Shown here: positions 38,683-48,473 of the stretch, one piece after another
Layout of the letters: every line of letters starts with the position of its first letter
Position numbering within the stretch: the first letter of the stretch is position 1
NCBI GenBank assembly: GCA_965223425.1
Contig: OZ245003.1
Coordinates: 2,208,001-2,272,000, forward strand
Length of the DNA: 64,000 nt
Direction: 5' to 3'
Source of the DNA: Nitrosopumilus sp.
GTDB lineage: Archaea; Thermoproteota; Nitrososphaeria; Nitrososphaerales; Nitrosopumilaceae
Made by a program: the position numbers and the translations under genes
The notes under the pieces: model-generated
Seen by the model: only the letters and a program-made list of their open reading frames with translations
The model's database searches: none
What the model was told of the DNA's origin: nothing

Positions 38683-38802
38683 TGGAGGAGGTGGGATTTG
38701 AACCCACGAACTCCTGAGAGACAGGATCACCCATTATTTGATCTTAAGTCCTGCATGTCCAAAAGCATAGTGCTTACTTTGGCCAGGCTTGATTACTCCT
38801 CC
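38683..38802 (-). tRNA. tRNA-Leu(TAA) with two introns (38757-38776 in the D-arm; 38728-38742 at 37/38)
   Basis: GGAGGAG/CTCCTCC acceptor, long variable arm, CAGGA-CTTAAGA-TCCTG after splicing; BHB CCAA/TTGG around the D-arm intron. Confidence 0.88.
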
Positions 38803-38893
38803 AAAATGGTAAAAATGTGTGTGAAATTTAACAGTTTAGAGGGTTTCAGACAAGAATGAAGGATTATAAGGATTTTCTACAGGGGAAGTTTGT

Positions 38894-38967
38894 GCTTCGG
38901 TAGCTCAGCCTGGTAGAGCGTTACCTTGGTAAGGTAAAGGTCGCGGGTCCGGATCCCGCTCGGAGCT
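38894..38967 (+). tRNA. tRNA-Thr(GGT)
   Basis: TTACC-TTGGTAA-GGTAA anticodon arm; GCTTCGG/TCGGAGC acceptor. Confidence 0.92.
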
Positions 38968-39172
38968 TCTTAATTTCCATGTCGTCATTATGAAATTCTG
39001 TAAGTGTCTTGTAGAATTCCGTAAGATTTTGACTCTGTTCAATTAGTGGCAGTTCTGATCCTGAAAACTGTAAAAGTTTCTTCTTCTTTATTCCATGTTC
39101 AATTAGGTATTGATAGTTCTTTGAATAATTTCCATTTCCAGATAGGAATTGACGTTCTTTTTTACTAAACAA
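38921..39172 (-). pseudogene. putative N-terminal fragment of a split (SSV-type) tyrosine integrase
   Basis: ORF reads through the att/tRNA antisense (KLRAGSGPATFTLP); the same frame resumes at the other att. Confidence 0.55.
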
Positions 39173-39180
39173 GGTAACAT

Positions 39181-39621
39181 TTATTCCATATTGGGTTCTT
39201 TTACTTGAACTAACATGTTATTTTGTATATTATAGATTGGATCACCATTTGCATCTCTTTTTTTAGTCCTTGAAATATTAGTAAGAGTAGATTTCATTCG
39301 AATTCGTGCTCCATCATCCAACAGGTATTCATTCCATTCCTCATGAACAATTCTGAATTTCATATCTTCTTTGTCTACACTCGCCTGAAGTTCTTTTGGA
39401 GAGTACTTTTTTGGATCAGGTATGCCTTTTAATTTAGGCGGAACTATAATGATTGTTAATGGTATTCCATCCCCACGATAGTTATTTTTTCCATTAACTA
39501 TTGAACGGTGAACAGTTTTTAGAATATATCGAGTTTTCAAAATAGATTGATCACTTAATTCGTATTTATTCCAAGGTTCATCTGCAATTTCGAAATCTAT
39601 AGATTTTTCTTTTGAAGCCAT
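39181..39621 (-). CDS. hypothetical protein with duplicated E-x-W-N-x-Y-x-L-x-D module
   Basis: EPWNKYELSDQ and EEWNEYLLDDG; paralog at 2705..3137. Confidence 0.8.
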   Translation of the reverse strand: MASKEKSIDFEIADEPWNKYELSDQSILKTRYILKTVHRSIVNGKNNYRGDGIPLTIIIVPPKLKGIPDPKKYSPKELQASVDKEDMKFRIVHEEWNEYLLDDGARIRMKSTLTNISRTKKRDANGDPIYNIQNNMLVQVKEPNME

Positions 39622-39623
39622 GA

Positions 39624-39878
39624 TTAGATCTTGAGGGGTTTTACGTGTCTGTTACCTAACGTATCAGTTTTTGTAGGAATCCCATCTGGGTAGAGATTTG
39701 AAACTATGGGTATTTCCATTGTTTTCTGAGCATTTGTGAAAAACTGATTTTGGAACCATTTTATTTCTGCAGATTCCTCTTTTTCAAGTTTTAGCAGAAA
39801 GTTTTTGTTTTCACTAAGAGATTTGCGAAGAGCACTTTTGAATTTGCTTTGAGATGCATAAGTGATTTTGTGTCCCAT
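39624..39878 (-). CDS. hypothetical protein
   Basis: 84-aa ORF in operon-like packing. Confidence 0.6.
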   Translation of the reverse strand: MGHKITYASQSKFKSALRKSLSENKNFLLKLEKEESAEIKWFQNQFFTNAQKTMEIPIVSNLYPDGIPTKTDTLGNRHVKPLKI

Positions 39879-39899
39879 ATAGAAAATAGATTCTAGTGA

Positions 39900-40289
39900 T
39901 TATTTAATATATTGAGCTATTTCTACTCGCACAGACTCGATAGGGTATAGTCCTCTAGCAATGGCACTAGATATAACGTGTTTTTCATCCTCACTTGCAG
40001 TTAAAGTAAATCCGTTTAATTTGAGAAAGACATCTGCTGTAGTGAATCCAGTTCGTTTATTTCCATTAACAAAATATTGGTTACTAGCTAATTGATACCA
40101 CAAATAAGCGGCCTTGCCTATAATTGCATCTTTTATCGGAAGATCTTCATATTCATAAGATACACCATAAACTGCAAAATCAACTCCACCCTCATAAAGA
40201 AATCCTCTTTCAGATGCAGGTAACAAAGTATCATTGATTTCTTTAACATCGTCTTTAGTCAGATAAGCAATACTAATTTTTGTGGCCAT
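39900..40289 (-). CDS. Fic/Doc (death-on-curing) family protein
   Basis: KAAYLWYQLASNQYFVNGNKRTG. Confidence 0.88.
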   Translation of the reverse strand: MATKISIAYLTKDDVKEINDTLLPASERGFLYEGGVDFAVYGVSYEYEDLPIKDAIIGKAAYLWYQLASNQYFVNGNKRTGFTTADVFLKLNGFTLTASEDEKHVISSAIARGLYPIESVRVEIAQYIK

Positions 40290-40291
40290 GT

Positions 40292-40552
40292 TTATGAGAT
40301 CCTATCCAACCATTTATCTACAAAGTTTTTTGTATCAATCTTCCCAGATTCACTCCGATCATCAATGAATTTTTTTTTTTTGTCATATCTACAACCCAGA
40401 TATTTCAAGATTGATTTAAGAACTATTTTCTCATAATCAAATGTAGGACTAGAAATTAGCTTAATCCCAGATGCAAAAACAGCACTTCTAAAGCAATCAT
40501 TCATGCCAAATTCTTTCAGAAAAGGTTTGATATGCTCAATTGTCTTATTCAA
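40292..40552 (-). CDS. hypothetical protein (possible antitoxin partner)
   Basis: 86-aa ORF immediately upstream of doc. Confidence 0.5.
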   Translation of the reverse strand: MNKTIEHIKPFLKEFGMNDCFRSAVFASGIKLISSPTFDYEKIVLKSILKYLGCRYDKKKKFIDDRSESGKIDTKNFVDKWLDRIS

Positions 40553-40879
40553 AATACTCTCATAGAATGATTTTATTTTAATTTCATGTTGGCATCTGTC
40601 AATCTATGAAATTCTGTAGATTTTGTAGAAATTACATAAATCCTCTATGAGTAAAGAAAATATCTGAAAAAGGTGTGTTCTGTCTGCCTGCCAATATTTC
40701 CCTGTGCATCATAAAAACCAACTTTAAGTTTTTTATTTTCCAGATCAGTGAGATCTTCAAACAGTAGACTTTTTGTAATTATTTTGGAGGTGTAGATTAT
40801 GGCGATTCCAGAAATCGTCATTCAGTATCTGAGGGTTTGGTAAGGTAAAGGTCGCAGGTCCGGATCCCGCTCGAAGCTT

Positions 40880-41740
40880 CTAATAATTTTTAATCAATAA
40901 TTCAAAGTGTCCGGTTCTCTTTTTAGAGTTGGAGTTAATTGAACGGTTGGCCTGAATCTTGTCTACCTTCCAAGGTTTCTTTGCAAACATATCTGATACC
41001 TCTTTAGAGTCTGAATTAGACAGCAAAACTTTGCATCCCTTAGAATCTAATTTCATACAAAGTTCTGCTAGCCTACTCAAATCATCATATGTGAAATCCT
41101 TGTTTGTATAACTTGTAAAATTAGCAGTTTGGCTAACTGGTTGATACGGAGGATCAAAATATACAAGATCTCCTTTTTTTGCATCTTGTAAAACTGCCCC
41201 AAAATCACGGCATTTTATTGAGACTCTGCTTGACTGCAAAATGTCACTGACAGAACGGAGGTTGTCTTCGTTGACAATATTTGGATTTGTGTATTTTCCA
41301 AGAGGCACGTTGAATTTTCCTTTGCTGTTAACACGGTACAATCCATTAAAGCAGGTTCTATTCAAAAAGAGCAGTCGAGATGTCTTTTCAATCTCGCTTC
41401 TAGGGCTGCCATCTCTAACAGAGTAGTAGTAAGATTTTGAATTTCTTTGATAACTTTTTTCATGTACTTTTAGAGAGCTGATCAATTCATCAATTCTATT
41501 TCGGATGGTAGTATAGGCCAGTACCAAATCAGAGTTTAGATCAGAGATGCCACATTTTGGTCGCGCTTGTTCGGTGAGAATATGAAAGAGAAGCGCCCCT
41601 CCTCCCAAAAATGGCTCGTAATAGATCCCAAAGGTTTTAGGTAAATTTTCATTTAAAATTGGAATTAGCTGTCTTTTGCCTCCTGCCCATTTTACAAATG
41701 GTTTTGGGGTTCCAAGTATCTGACTGTATTGCTGCTTCAC
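40880..41740 (-). CDS. dam: DNA adenine methyltransferase (Dam/D12 class)
   Basis: KWAGGK, EPFLGGG, FNGLYRVNSKGKFNVP, DPPY. Confidence 0.93.
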   Translation of the reverse strand: MKQQYSQILGTPKPFVKWAGGKRQLIPILNENLPKTFGIYYEPFLGGGALLFHILTEQARPKCGISDLNSDLVLAYTTIRNRIDELISSLKVHEKSYQRNSKSYYYSVRDGSPRSEIEKTSRLLFLNRTCFNGLYRVNSKGKFNVPLGKYTNPNIVNEDNLRSVSDILQSSRVSIKCRDFGAVLQDAKKGDLVYFDPPYQPVSQTANFTSYTNKDFTYDDLSRLAELCMKLDSKGCKVLLSNSDSKEVSDMFAKKPWKVDKIQANRSINSNSKKRTGHFELLIKNY

Positions 41741-41880
41741 ATGGTACTATCACAAGATTGCATATTGTCAAAAGAGACAACAAAAGATCACAACCTGTGC
41801 AATATTTTTTAATCAAATTCAAATGGTTTAGAGAATACTCTAAGCCGAATTAATAAAATGAAAAGGAAAAGGTTGAGAGC

Positions 41881-42531
41881 TTAGTCCCACTTTGACCAGG
41901 CGGCCATCCATCTGTAAGTCCAAGTGTTTAGTTTAACACCCAGCGCAGCCATAGTGACTGACAACACCGCACCTGCACCTGCACCTAGAGCAACTGGACT
42001 GTTATAGAACTTTCCAACTTGCGGTTCTATCGGTGTCATGTATGGTGGCAATGTGGGTCTTGGATACTTGAATGCCGTTTCAAGCGGGTCTGCTACTGTT
42101 ATCAGGTTTACCATGTTGAACAATGGTAATGACATTCCTACTAGTACACCTCCAAACAGTATCAACGAGTGTTTGTTCTTCTTTGTTGCCCAGTAAACCA
42201 AGTCCAACAGCATTGCTGATGGCAGCCAAACTGGAGTTACAATGAAGTCATATGGATATCCAAGTGCAAACCATGCACCTTTTGCAATCCACGTGTATAC
42301 TGTCATTATTAGAGCGTAGTACGTTGCTGTACCTGGAACACCTGTAAACGTTAGGTAATATGTTGCACCTACTACAAGCATCAACGTTTGCGATATTGAG
42401 AATACCGTAAATGAAGTCCAAGCCCAGTCAGTGTAGAAGATGTAGTCTCCTGCATTAATTGTTAACAGTGTTGAGTTAACTGCGACTACTACTATGAACA
42501 AGTAGTGAGTACATCGTCTTAACCAGACCAT
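41881..42531 (-). CDS. amoA: ammonia monooxygenase subunit A
   Basis: MVWLRRCTHYLF...AGDYIFYTDWAW...WMAAWSKWD. Confidence 0.99.
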   Translation of the reverse strand: MVWLRRCTHYLFIVVVAVNSTLLTINAGDYIFYTDWAWTSFTVFSISQTLMLVVGATYYLTFTGVPGTATYYALIMTVYTWIAKGAWFALGYPYDFIVTPVWLPSAMLLDLVYWATKKNKHSLILFGGVLVGMSLPLFNMVNLITVADPLETAFKYPRPTLPPYMTPIEPQVGKFYNSPVALGAGAGAVLSVTMAALGVKLNTWTYRWMAAWSKWD

Positions 42532-42632
42532 ATCCTGTAGAATAATGGGTCAGTATATAAAATTTTAGAGTGTGATGAAGATCTTTGTTTTTAACCTAAA
42601 AATGAAAAAGAAGTGTCTGAAGGGGTTTCCTT

Positions 42633-42995
42633 CTAGTTACCAACATACAGGGATATCAGAATTGTACCGACTGTAACACCGGCTATAACACCGGCGACTA
42701 GGCCATTACTATTCTTGTTGGAACCTTCTTCCATGACTTTAACACAGAAGATGTAACCTATTGCCTCAATGATCGTAAGTACGATGAATGCATAGTGACC
42801 ACTTGGTGTTGGATATGCCCATGGATAATAGAAGTATCCTGCTGCGGTGCCACCAAAAGTTGCCAACCATGCGGCTATGAATGAAATGGTAATCATACCA
42901 GTCATGTTTTCAACGCGCCGTCCAATCATTCGTTCTACGTCAGCGCTAGATGATCCACCGCCACCGCCAGAACCGAATCCTTTAGGTAGAGTCAT
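42633..42995 (-). CDS. amoX: ammonia monooxygenase subunit X
   Basis: Between amoC and amoA; YYPWAYPTPSGHYAF. Confidence 0.93.
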   Translation of the reverse strand: MTLPKGFGSGGGGGSSSADVERMIGRRVENMTGMITISFIAAWLATFGGTAAGYFYYPWAYPTPSGHYAFIVLTIIEAIGYIFCVKVMEEGSNKNSNGLVAGVIAGVTVGTILISLYVGN

Positions 42996-43112
42996 TATGG
43001 ATTTATTCTGATGCAGAATCCTTTTAAGTCTTTCTTAAATGGCCGAGTCTAGTACGATCTAGCCACAACTAAAATAATAAAAGAGAAAAAAGTGTGCTTT
43101 TGCACTTTTTGT

Positions 43113-43688
43113 CTATGGAATTGATCTGCTGTACAATTTGCCTTCTAGGGCCATCTTGTACATTTCTGCAACATATGGGTTCTCTCCAGGAGTTTCTGCG
43201 CCTAGTTCTACGAGTCTAGCATATACCCTGACTACGTATGCAAGTGCACCCATGAATGCAACTACTACACCCATGTTAAACATCCAGTGGTTCGGAACCG
43301 CAAAGATTTCTTCTACAAACCAGAAATGCCACATCTCATTAACTCCAATTGTAAACATAGTTGCAAGGTAACCAAGGATGGTCATCTTCAAACCTGTGTT
43401 CATTGAATTGTTTGGGCCTCTGAGAATTGGAATCTTTCTATCATAGATTGCTGCTGCTCCCCATCCAAGTGGTAATGTAATGAAGTGGGAGTATAACCAC
43501 CAGTGTGCTGGTGTAAATGCACTATCTCTGATAGAGGTCTGATGTAGAGAACCATCAACGAAGTTATCTACTTCGACTGATGCTGCAGTGGATCCCATAG
43601 CAATAACGATGAGCCAGATTTTTTTTAGTCTCTGAATCTCAACTTCTTTTGGGATTAATGCGGGCATCTGTGCCATAGTTACTGTCAT
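43113..43688 (-). CDS. amoC: ammonia monooxygenase subunit C
   Basis: VDGSLHQTSIRDSAFTPAH, NEMWHFWFVEEIFAVPNHW. Confidence 0.99.
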   Translation of the reverse strand: MTVTMAQMPALIPKEVEIQRLKKIWLIVIAMGSTAASVEVDNFVDGSLHQTSIRDSAFTPAHWWLYSHFITLPLGWGAAAIYDRKIPILRGPNNSMNTGLKMTILGYLATMFTIGVNEMWHFWFVEEIFAVPNHWMFNMGVVVAFMGALAYVVRVYARLVELGAETPGENPYVAEMYKMALEGKLYSRSIP

Positions 43689-43931
43689 GTATGCTCTGAA
43701 TATAAAGTAAGAGTTTTGAATGCATTAAATTTTTATCAAAAATGTCACACGAGTTTTAGAAGATTATGAAAATAATTGATTTTTTATGATTTAAAATATA
43801 ATAATTTTAATATTTTTTGACTGCTTTCATTGTTAATCATCAATGATAATCATTGTATTAAGTATCGATCCTCGTTATGAAGGTAAAACATATAACGACG
43901 TGTATTATCTTTCAGAATATTAGGGATAACT

Positions 43932-44501
43932 ATGGTCGAAAAAAAGATTTTCGTATTCGGACTGGCTGTTGTACTTGCACTAGGAACTTTAGGTTTCAAC
44001 TGGGTTGAATCAATTCTTCCAACAGCAGATGCACACGGTGTCCAAGCACAACTTCAGAGTCGTTTCATCAGAATTGAAGATGAGACCTTTAACAGACAAT
44101 CTCTACAAACTGGCGAAACCTTGACAGTTCAAGGAACACTAGTCAGCCTTGTAGAAAGGGATCTAAGAGGATGGCTATCCATTTTCTCAGAATCTACTAA
44201 TGCTGGAAACAGATGGGAGATGCTGGCAAGAGACCCACCAGGCAATGTCTTTGACATTTCAGGAAACTCTGTCACAGAATATTCACTATCTGCAAAAGCA
44301 CTTGAAGCAGGTGTCTACCACGTACACACCCAACTCAATGTAGCACAAGTAGGTCCAGGACTCGGTCCAGGTCAAACAGTTGTAGTTGAAGGAGAACCAA
44401 TTATCAAACCAATTCCATATACCAACATCGCATACCAATCAATCATAATTGGCGTTGGATATGTAATCACGTTTGCTACACGACCCTGGCAAGTAATCTA
44501 A
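43932..44501 (+). CDS. amoB: ammonia monooxygenase subunit B
   Basis: DAHGVQAQLQSRF, YHVHTQLN, ATRPWQVI. Confidence 0.99.
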   Translation: MVEKKIFVFGLAVVLALGTLGFNWVESILPTADAHGVQAQLQSRFIRIEDETFNRQSLQTGETLTVQGTLVSLVERDLRGWLSIFSESTNAGNRWEMLARDPPGNVFDISGNSVTEYSLSAKALEAGVYHVHTQLNVAQVGPGLGPGQTVVVEGEPIIKPIPYTNIAYQSIIIGVGYVITFATRPWQVI

Positions 44502-44587
44502 ACCACCCAACCTTTTCCTTTTCATTTTCTAACTAATCATTAGTTCCCGCATGTTCAAGTTTTATTGTAGAGAACAATAATGAAAAC

Positions 44588-44902
44588 ATGCTAAGCTTCA
44601 AGATAACAAAATTAGATATTTTTCAAAGTTATTTTTTTGGCGAAGTTTCATTTCGTTCTGACAAATACAAAATCAATGTACAAAATCAGAGAAGGGGTAA
44701 AGTTCTAAAATTACCTTTTGAGATAAAGCCAAAAAATGAAAAAGTCATTGTCAGAATGACAGGCCCAGACGACTTGTTTGTTGAAGACTATCTCCCATAT
44801 AGAGGGGAGTCAGAATGGCTTGAAATTGACTCAGATGAAATAACGTATTTTCTGGCAGACCATCAAGATCAGTTGGACACTATTGAGATAATGTATGACT
44901 AA
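44588..44902 (+). CDS. conserved hypothetical protein
   Basis: 104-aa ORF downstream of amoB. Confidence 0.8.
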   Translation: MLSFKITKLDIFQSYFFGEVSFRSDKYKINVQNQRRGKVLKLPFEIKPKNEKVIVRMTGPDDLFVEDYLPYRGESEWLEIDSDEITYFLADHQDQLDTIEIMYD

Positions 44903-44940
44903 GAGAAAGGACTTTAAGGAATCTGGTCCAAGTCATCACT

Positions 44941-45465
44941 ATGATTTGGCCTGGAATGGGAGATCCAACAAAGCGCAAGAAAACAATAAGGTTTCTAGCA
45001 ATCACGGCAGTTATTGCAATTTCAGTAGGTGCGGCAAGTAGTCTAATTCAGGGTCAGATTAGCCAAAATGATCCTCTAAAAGTTTGCATAAATGACAAGG
45101 AGACACCATACAAGATCAAGGCAACATTGGAGCTGTTAATTGATGGTCAAAAAGCAGACATTCCAGCTAACATAGGATTGAGTGAGGGAGACTGTCATAG
45201 AACCATGTACACACTAACTAACGACGGAACGATCTATGCAGAATGGACAGAAGAATATTCATTTCAGATAGGCCACTTTTTGTGGATGTGGGATTTTCCT
45301 CTAAAAGACATGGAGCAGAGCAAATCAGCAATTTACGTCAATGGTAAAGAGTCGCCTCATTTCATCAACCATCCGTTGCAAGATGGGCATCACTACAAGG
45401 CAGAGTTTACTTCAAAGGAATATGACGAGTCAAAAGACAGTGATTTCCTTCCACCAGAAAATTAG
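44941..45465 (+). CDS. membrane-anchored hypothetical protein
   Basis: N-terminal TM helix; IPANIG motif. Confidence 0.8.
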   Translation: MIWPGMGDPTKRKKTIRFLAITAVIAISVGAASSLIQGQISQNDPLKVCINDKETPYKIKATLELLIDGQKADIPANIGLSEGDCHRTMYTLTNDGTIYAEWTEEYSFQIGHFLWMWDFPLKDMEQSKSAIYVNGKESPHFINHPLQDGHHYKAEFTSKEYDESKDSDFLPPEN

Positions 45466-45564
45466 ACATTTCGGATTTTATAAAAAATCAAGTTTTCTAA
45501 ATTAATTACCAAAACCACATACAGCAAAACTGGAGATTTTAAAAATAATGAAAAGAAAGAAGGA

Positions 45565-45834
45565 TTACCAGTATTTACCGTTGTCTGGAATAAGACCGAT
45601 ACCTTCTCTTTCAAAGTGTCTGTCCAACTCGTCGACCCATCTTTCACGGTTGTCTTTGTATGCCCATCCGTGTACGCGCAACCAGAATGAGATAATTCCA
45701 AGAAGGAATACTGTGAACATGATGGTTCCGAAGATGTAAATCATTACATCATAGAATAGTGGATCATAGTTTGGTCCTAGCTGTCCTGTAATTGATGACA
45801 GGATACTTAGGAAAGTACCTACGATAGGAATCAT
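45565..45834 (-). CDS. amoY: probable AMO accessory subunit AmoY
   Basis: Small membrane protein; position between the amoB-downstream ORFs and rps15 matches my recollection of Nitrosopumilus amoY/amoZ synteny. Confidence 0.65.
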   Translation of the reverse strand: MIPIVGTFLSILSSITGQLGPNYDPLFYDVMIYIFGTIMFTVFLLGIISFWLRVHGWAYKDNRERWVDELDRHFEREGIGLIPDNGKYW

Positions 45835-45940
45835 GATATTTTGGCTCTATTTGTGCGATATATACATTTCCTTTATTATCAGAAATAACGAGATCAGTAT
45901 ACACTAGAAATTAGTAATAAAATAAGAGAAAAGTGGATTT

Positions 45941-46273
45941 TTATCCTCTGCCCATTGCTGCGTATTTGCCAGATCTTCCTTTAAGAAGTAAAGCTCCTGC
46001 AATACCACCAAAGACTGCAGCTGAAATAGCAGCAGCGCCAAGTACACCATCTGCGTCAAGATACGGAGTTCCTGAACCAGATGCTGGATTTGCTTCAGCA
46101 GCTTCGATTCTTCTACGTTGAATCTCAAGTGCTTCCTCTAATGTGTAAGATCCTGTTTCTCCTGCATCGCCAACGTTACCCATGTATTGGGCAAATGCAA
46201 TTGATGCTGCACCGATGGCACCGAAGAAAAATACAGAAAGCATGGTCGCCGTTAAGAGTATTCTTGTATTCAT
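45941..46273 (-). CDS. amoZ: probable AMO accessory subunit AmoZ
   Basis: N-terminal signal/TM plus C-terminal TM, SGSGTPY motif; adjacent to rps15. Confidence 0.65.
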   Translation of the reverse strand: MNTRILLTATMLSVFFFGAIGAASIAFAQYMGNVGDAGETGSYTLEEALEIQRRRIEAAEANPASGSGTPYLDADGVLGAAAISAAVFGGIAGALLLKGRSGKYAAMGRG

Positions 46274-46397
46274 ACTGATTTACCTGTTCGTTTTGAAGCC
46301 AGAGACTTATTTAACTTTTATTCTAAACCCCAAATTTCGGCATTATGTACGAGATCAGTAAAGTAACGTTTAATTTTGTTCTAAAATCAGCCAAATC

Positions 46398-46847
46398 ATG
46401 GGACGAATGCATACGCACAGACATGGAAAGTCACATTCTATTAGACCTGCCACACTGCGTGCACCCTCGTGGATAACCCAAAGTCCCAAAGAAATCGAAG
46501 AACTAGTGATAAAATATTCTAAGGAAGGATTGACCCCCAGTCAGATTGGAATTAAACTAAGGGATCAGCATTCAATTCCACTAATCAAGCCAATTACCAA
46601 AAAAAGCATTGGTGAGATTTTAGAAGAAAATGATTTGAAAGCAGAGATGCCTGAAGATCTTGAAAATATCGTCAAAAAGGCAGTAGGCCTTCAAAAACAT
46701 CTCAAAGCAAACAAAGGAGACAGGAGAAACGTAAGATCTTTGGAATTAATTGAGGCCAAAGTTCACAGATTATCTGTATACTACAAAAAAATTGAAAGAA
46801 TTCCTAAAAACTGGAAATATAAATCCGTGGTTGCCCAACTAGAGTAA
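46398..46847 (+). CDS. rps15: 30S ribosomal protein S15
   Basis: MGRMHTHRHGKSHS, PSQIGIKLRD, PEDL. Confidence 0.97.
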   Translation: MGRMHTHRHGKSHSIRPATLRAPSWITQSPKEIEELVIKYSKEGLTPSQIGIKLRDQHSIPLIKPITKKSIGEILEENDLKAEMPEDLENIVKKAVGLQKHLKANKGDRRNVRSLELIEAKVHRLSVYYKKIERIPKNWKYKSVVAQLE

Positions 46848-48268
46848 TGACAAAACCACTTGACGAGTCACTCTCGTTTTTCAAAGATAAAATTTCAGAT
46901 TGCATAAAATCCAGAAAATCAATTTTTGTCACAACCCATATTGATTGTGATGGACTTACATCTGGCAGCATTATTACCAAAGCTCTAATCAGGGCAGGGG
47001 CCAAATGTACTGTTAGAACATCAAAAGAATTCAGTAAAAACGTAGCAGAATCCTTCAAAACAGATTCTAGGGATTTTCACATAGTGACAGATCTGGGCGG
47101 AGGGTTTGCAAAGAATCTAGACGAGGCTTTGGGAGACAACTGGGTTGTCTTAGATCATCACCAGATACCAGATGAGGAGTTGGACAATCAAAACGTCATC
47201 AATGCTTGGAGATACGGAATTGATGGAGGAGCTGAGATTTGTGCAGGCGGAATGGCATATCTTGCATCAACTGCACTTGATGAAAGAAATTCAGATTTGT
47301 CTGCAATAGCAGTTGTTTCTGCATTAGGGGATAGGCAAGACCAGGGAGAAAGAAAGTCATTTACAGGTAAGAATTTTGAGATTGCAAACACTGCCAAAGA
47401 ATTGGGTTTGGTGGATATTGATTTGGATTTACTGCTAGTTGGAAGAGAGACAAGACCGCTCCCAGATGCACTGGCATTTACTTCACAGCCATTCATCGAA
47501 GGCCTGACCTGGAATAGAGATGCATGTCTTTCACTCCTGAGTTCATCAGGAATTCAGTTAAAGGATGGGGGGAGATGGAGGGTTCCAGCAGAACTAGACG
47601 AAGAAGAAAAAAGACTAGTGATTGAATCAATTACCAAATTCACTTCTGGAAAAAACGCCACTGAAATAATGTCAGAGTTAATTGGATATACCTACACATT
47701 CCCAAAAGAGGACAAAAGGAGCTTCCTGCGAGACGGAAGGGAGTTTTCAACCATGCTAAACTCGTGTGGAAGAATCAATCGTTCAGGTGTTGGAATGGCA
47801 GTATGTATGGGAGACAGAAACAAGATCCTAAGGGAGGGCGAGGCCATTTTAACAGATTATCGAAAGATGATTCGAGAATACATGAATATTTTGTCAAATG
47901 AGAGATGGAGGATTTCTGAAAGTGAAACCTGTGTCATGGTAAATGGTGAGGACATAGTTCCAGAAACAATGACTGGGACCATCTCATCGCTGATTGCAGG
48001 GGCGCCAAAAAATGCTGGAAAAATTGTAATTTTGAGGACCAAGGCCGAGGAAAACACAATAAAGTTCTCATCAAGAAAATCATTTGGCTGTAAATCCGAT
48101 ATCAATCTAAGCGAGCTAATGAGAACAGGCGCTGAGAAATTTGATGGTGTCGGCGGAGGCCATGATGCAGCAGCTGGGGCAAAAATAACTAAAGACAAAT
48201 TAGATGACTTTCTGAACTATCTAGAAGTAAATGTCGTTAACGTGTCAAGTGCAGGTAGTTCTCAATAA
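46847..48268 (+). CDS. DHH/DHHA1 phosphoesterase (RecJ-like)
   Basis: HIDCDG, LDHH, GGGHDAAAG. Confidence 0.92.
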   Translation: MTKPLDESLSFFKDKISDCIKSRKSIFVTTHIDCDGLTSGSIITKALIRAGAKCTVRTSKEFSKNVAESFKTDSRDFHIVTDLGGGFAKNLDEALGDNWVVLDHHQIPDEELDNQNVINAWRYGIDGGAEICAGGMAYLASTALDERNSDLSAIAVVSALGDRQDQGERKSFTGKNFEIANTAKELGLVDIDLDLLLVGRETRPLPDALAFTSQPFIEGLTWNRDACLSLLSSSGIQLKDGGRWRVPAELDEEEKRLVIESITKFTSGKNATEIMSELIGYTYTFPKEDKRSFLRDGREFSTMLNSCGRINRSGVGMAVCMGDRNKILREGEAILTDYRKMIREYMNILSNERWRISESETCVMVNGEDIVPETMTGTISSLIAGAPKNAGKIVILRTKAEENTIKFSSRKSFGCKSDINLSELMRTGAEKFDGVGGGHDAAAGAKITKDKLDDFLNYLEVNVVNVSSAGSSQ

Positions 48269-48473
48269 CATACCAAAAGAAAAGGCAGAAACTGTCAAAA
48301 AAGCATTAGAGCCTGATAATGTGAATTTTCCAGAAGGACTGAGCCTTTATGTTGAAAATATTGATAACAAGCTAGTTTTTAGTTTTGAAAGTAGGGGGAA
48401 CATGAAACAACTTATTGGTACCATTGATGAAGTGTTAGAACATGTACAGGTTGCGTTAAAGGTGATTGAGTAA
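48231..48473 (+). CDS. pcc1: KEOPS complex subunit Pcc1-like
   Basis: ALEPDN motif; rps15-DHH-pcc1 context. Confidence 0.75.
   Translation: MSLTCQVQVVLNNIPKEKAETVKKALEPDNVNFPEGLSLYVENIDNKLVFSFESRGNMKQLIGTIDEVLEHVQVALKVIE

Larger units (their letters stand above)
38926..40881. mobile_element. tRNA-Thr-integrated islet bounded by 45-bp direct repeats (38926-38970, 40837-40881)
   Basis: 3' half of tRNA-Thr duplicated with 2 mismatches. Confidence 0.88.

Noticed and set aside
40837-40881. Second tRNA-Thr gene
   Set aside because: Only the 3' half is present; it is an att repeat.
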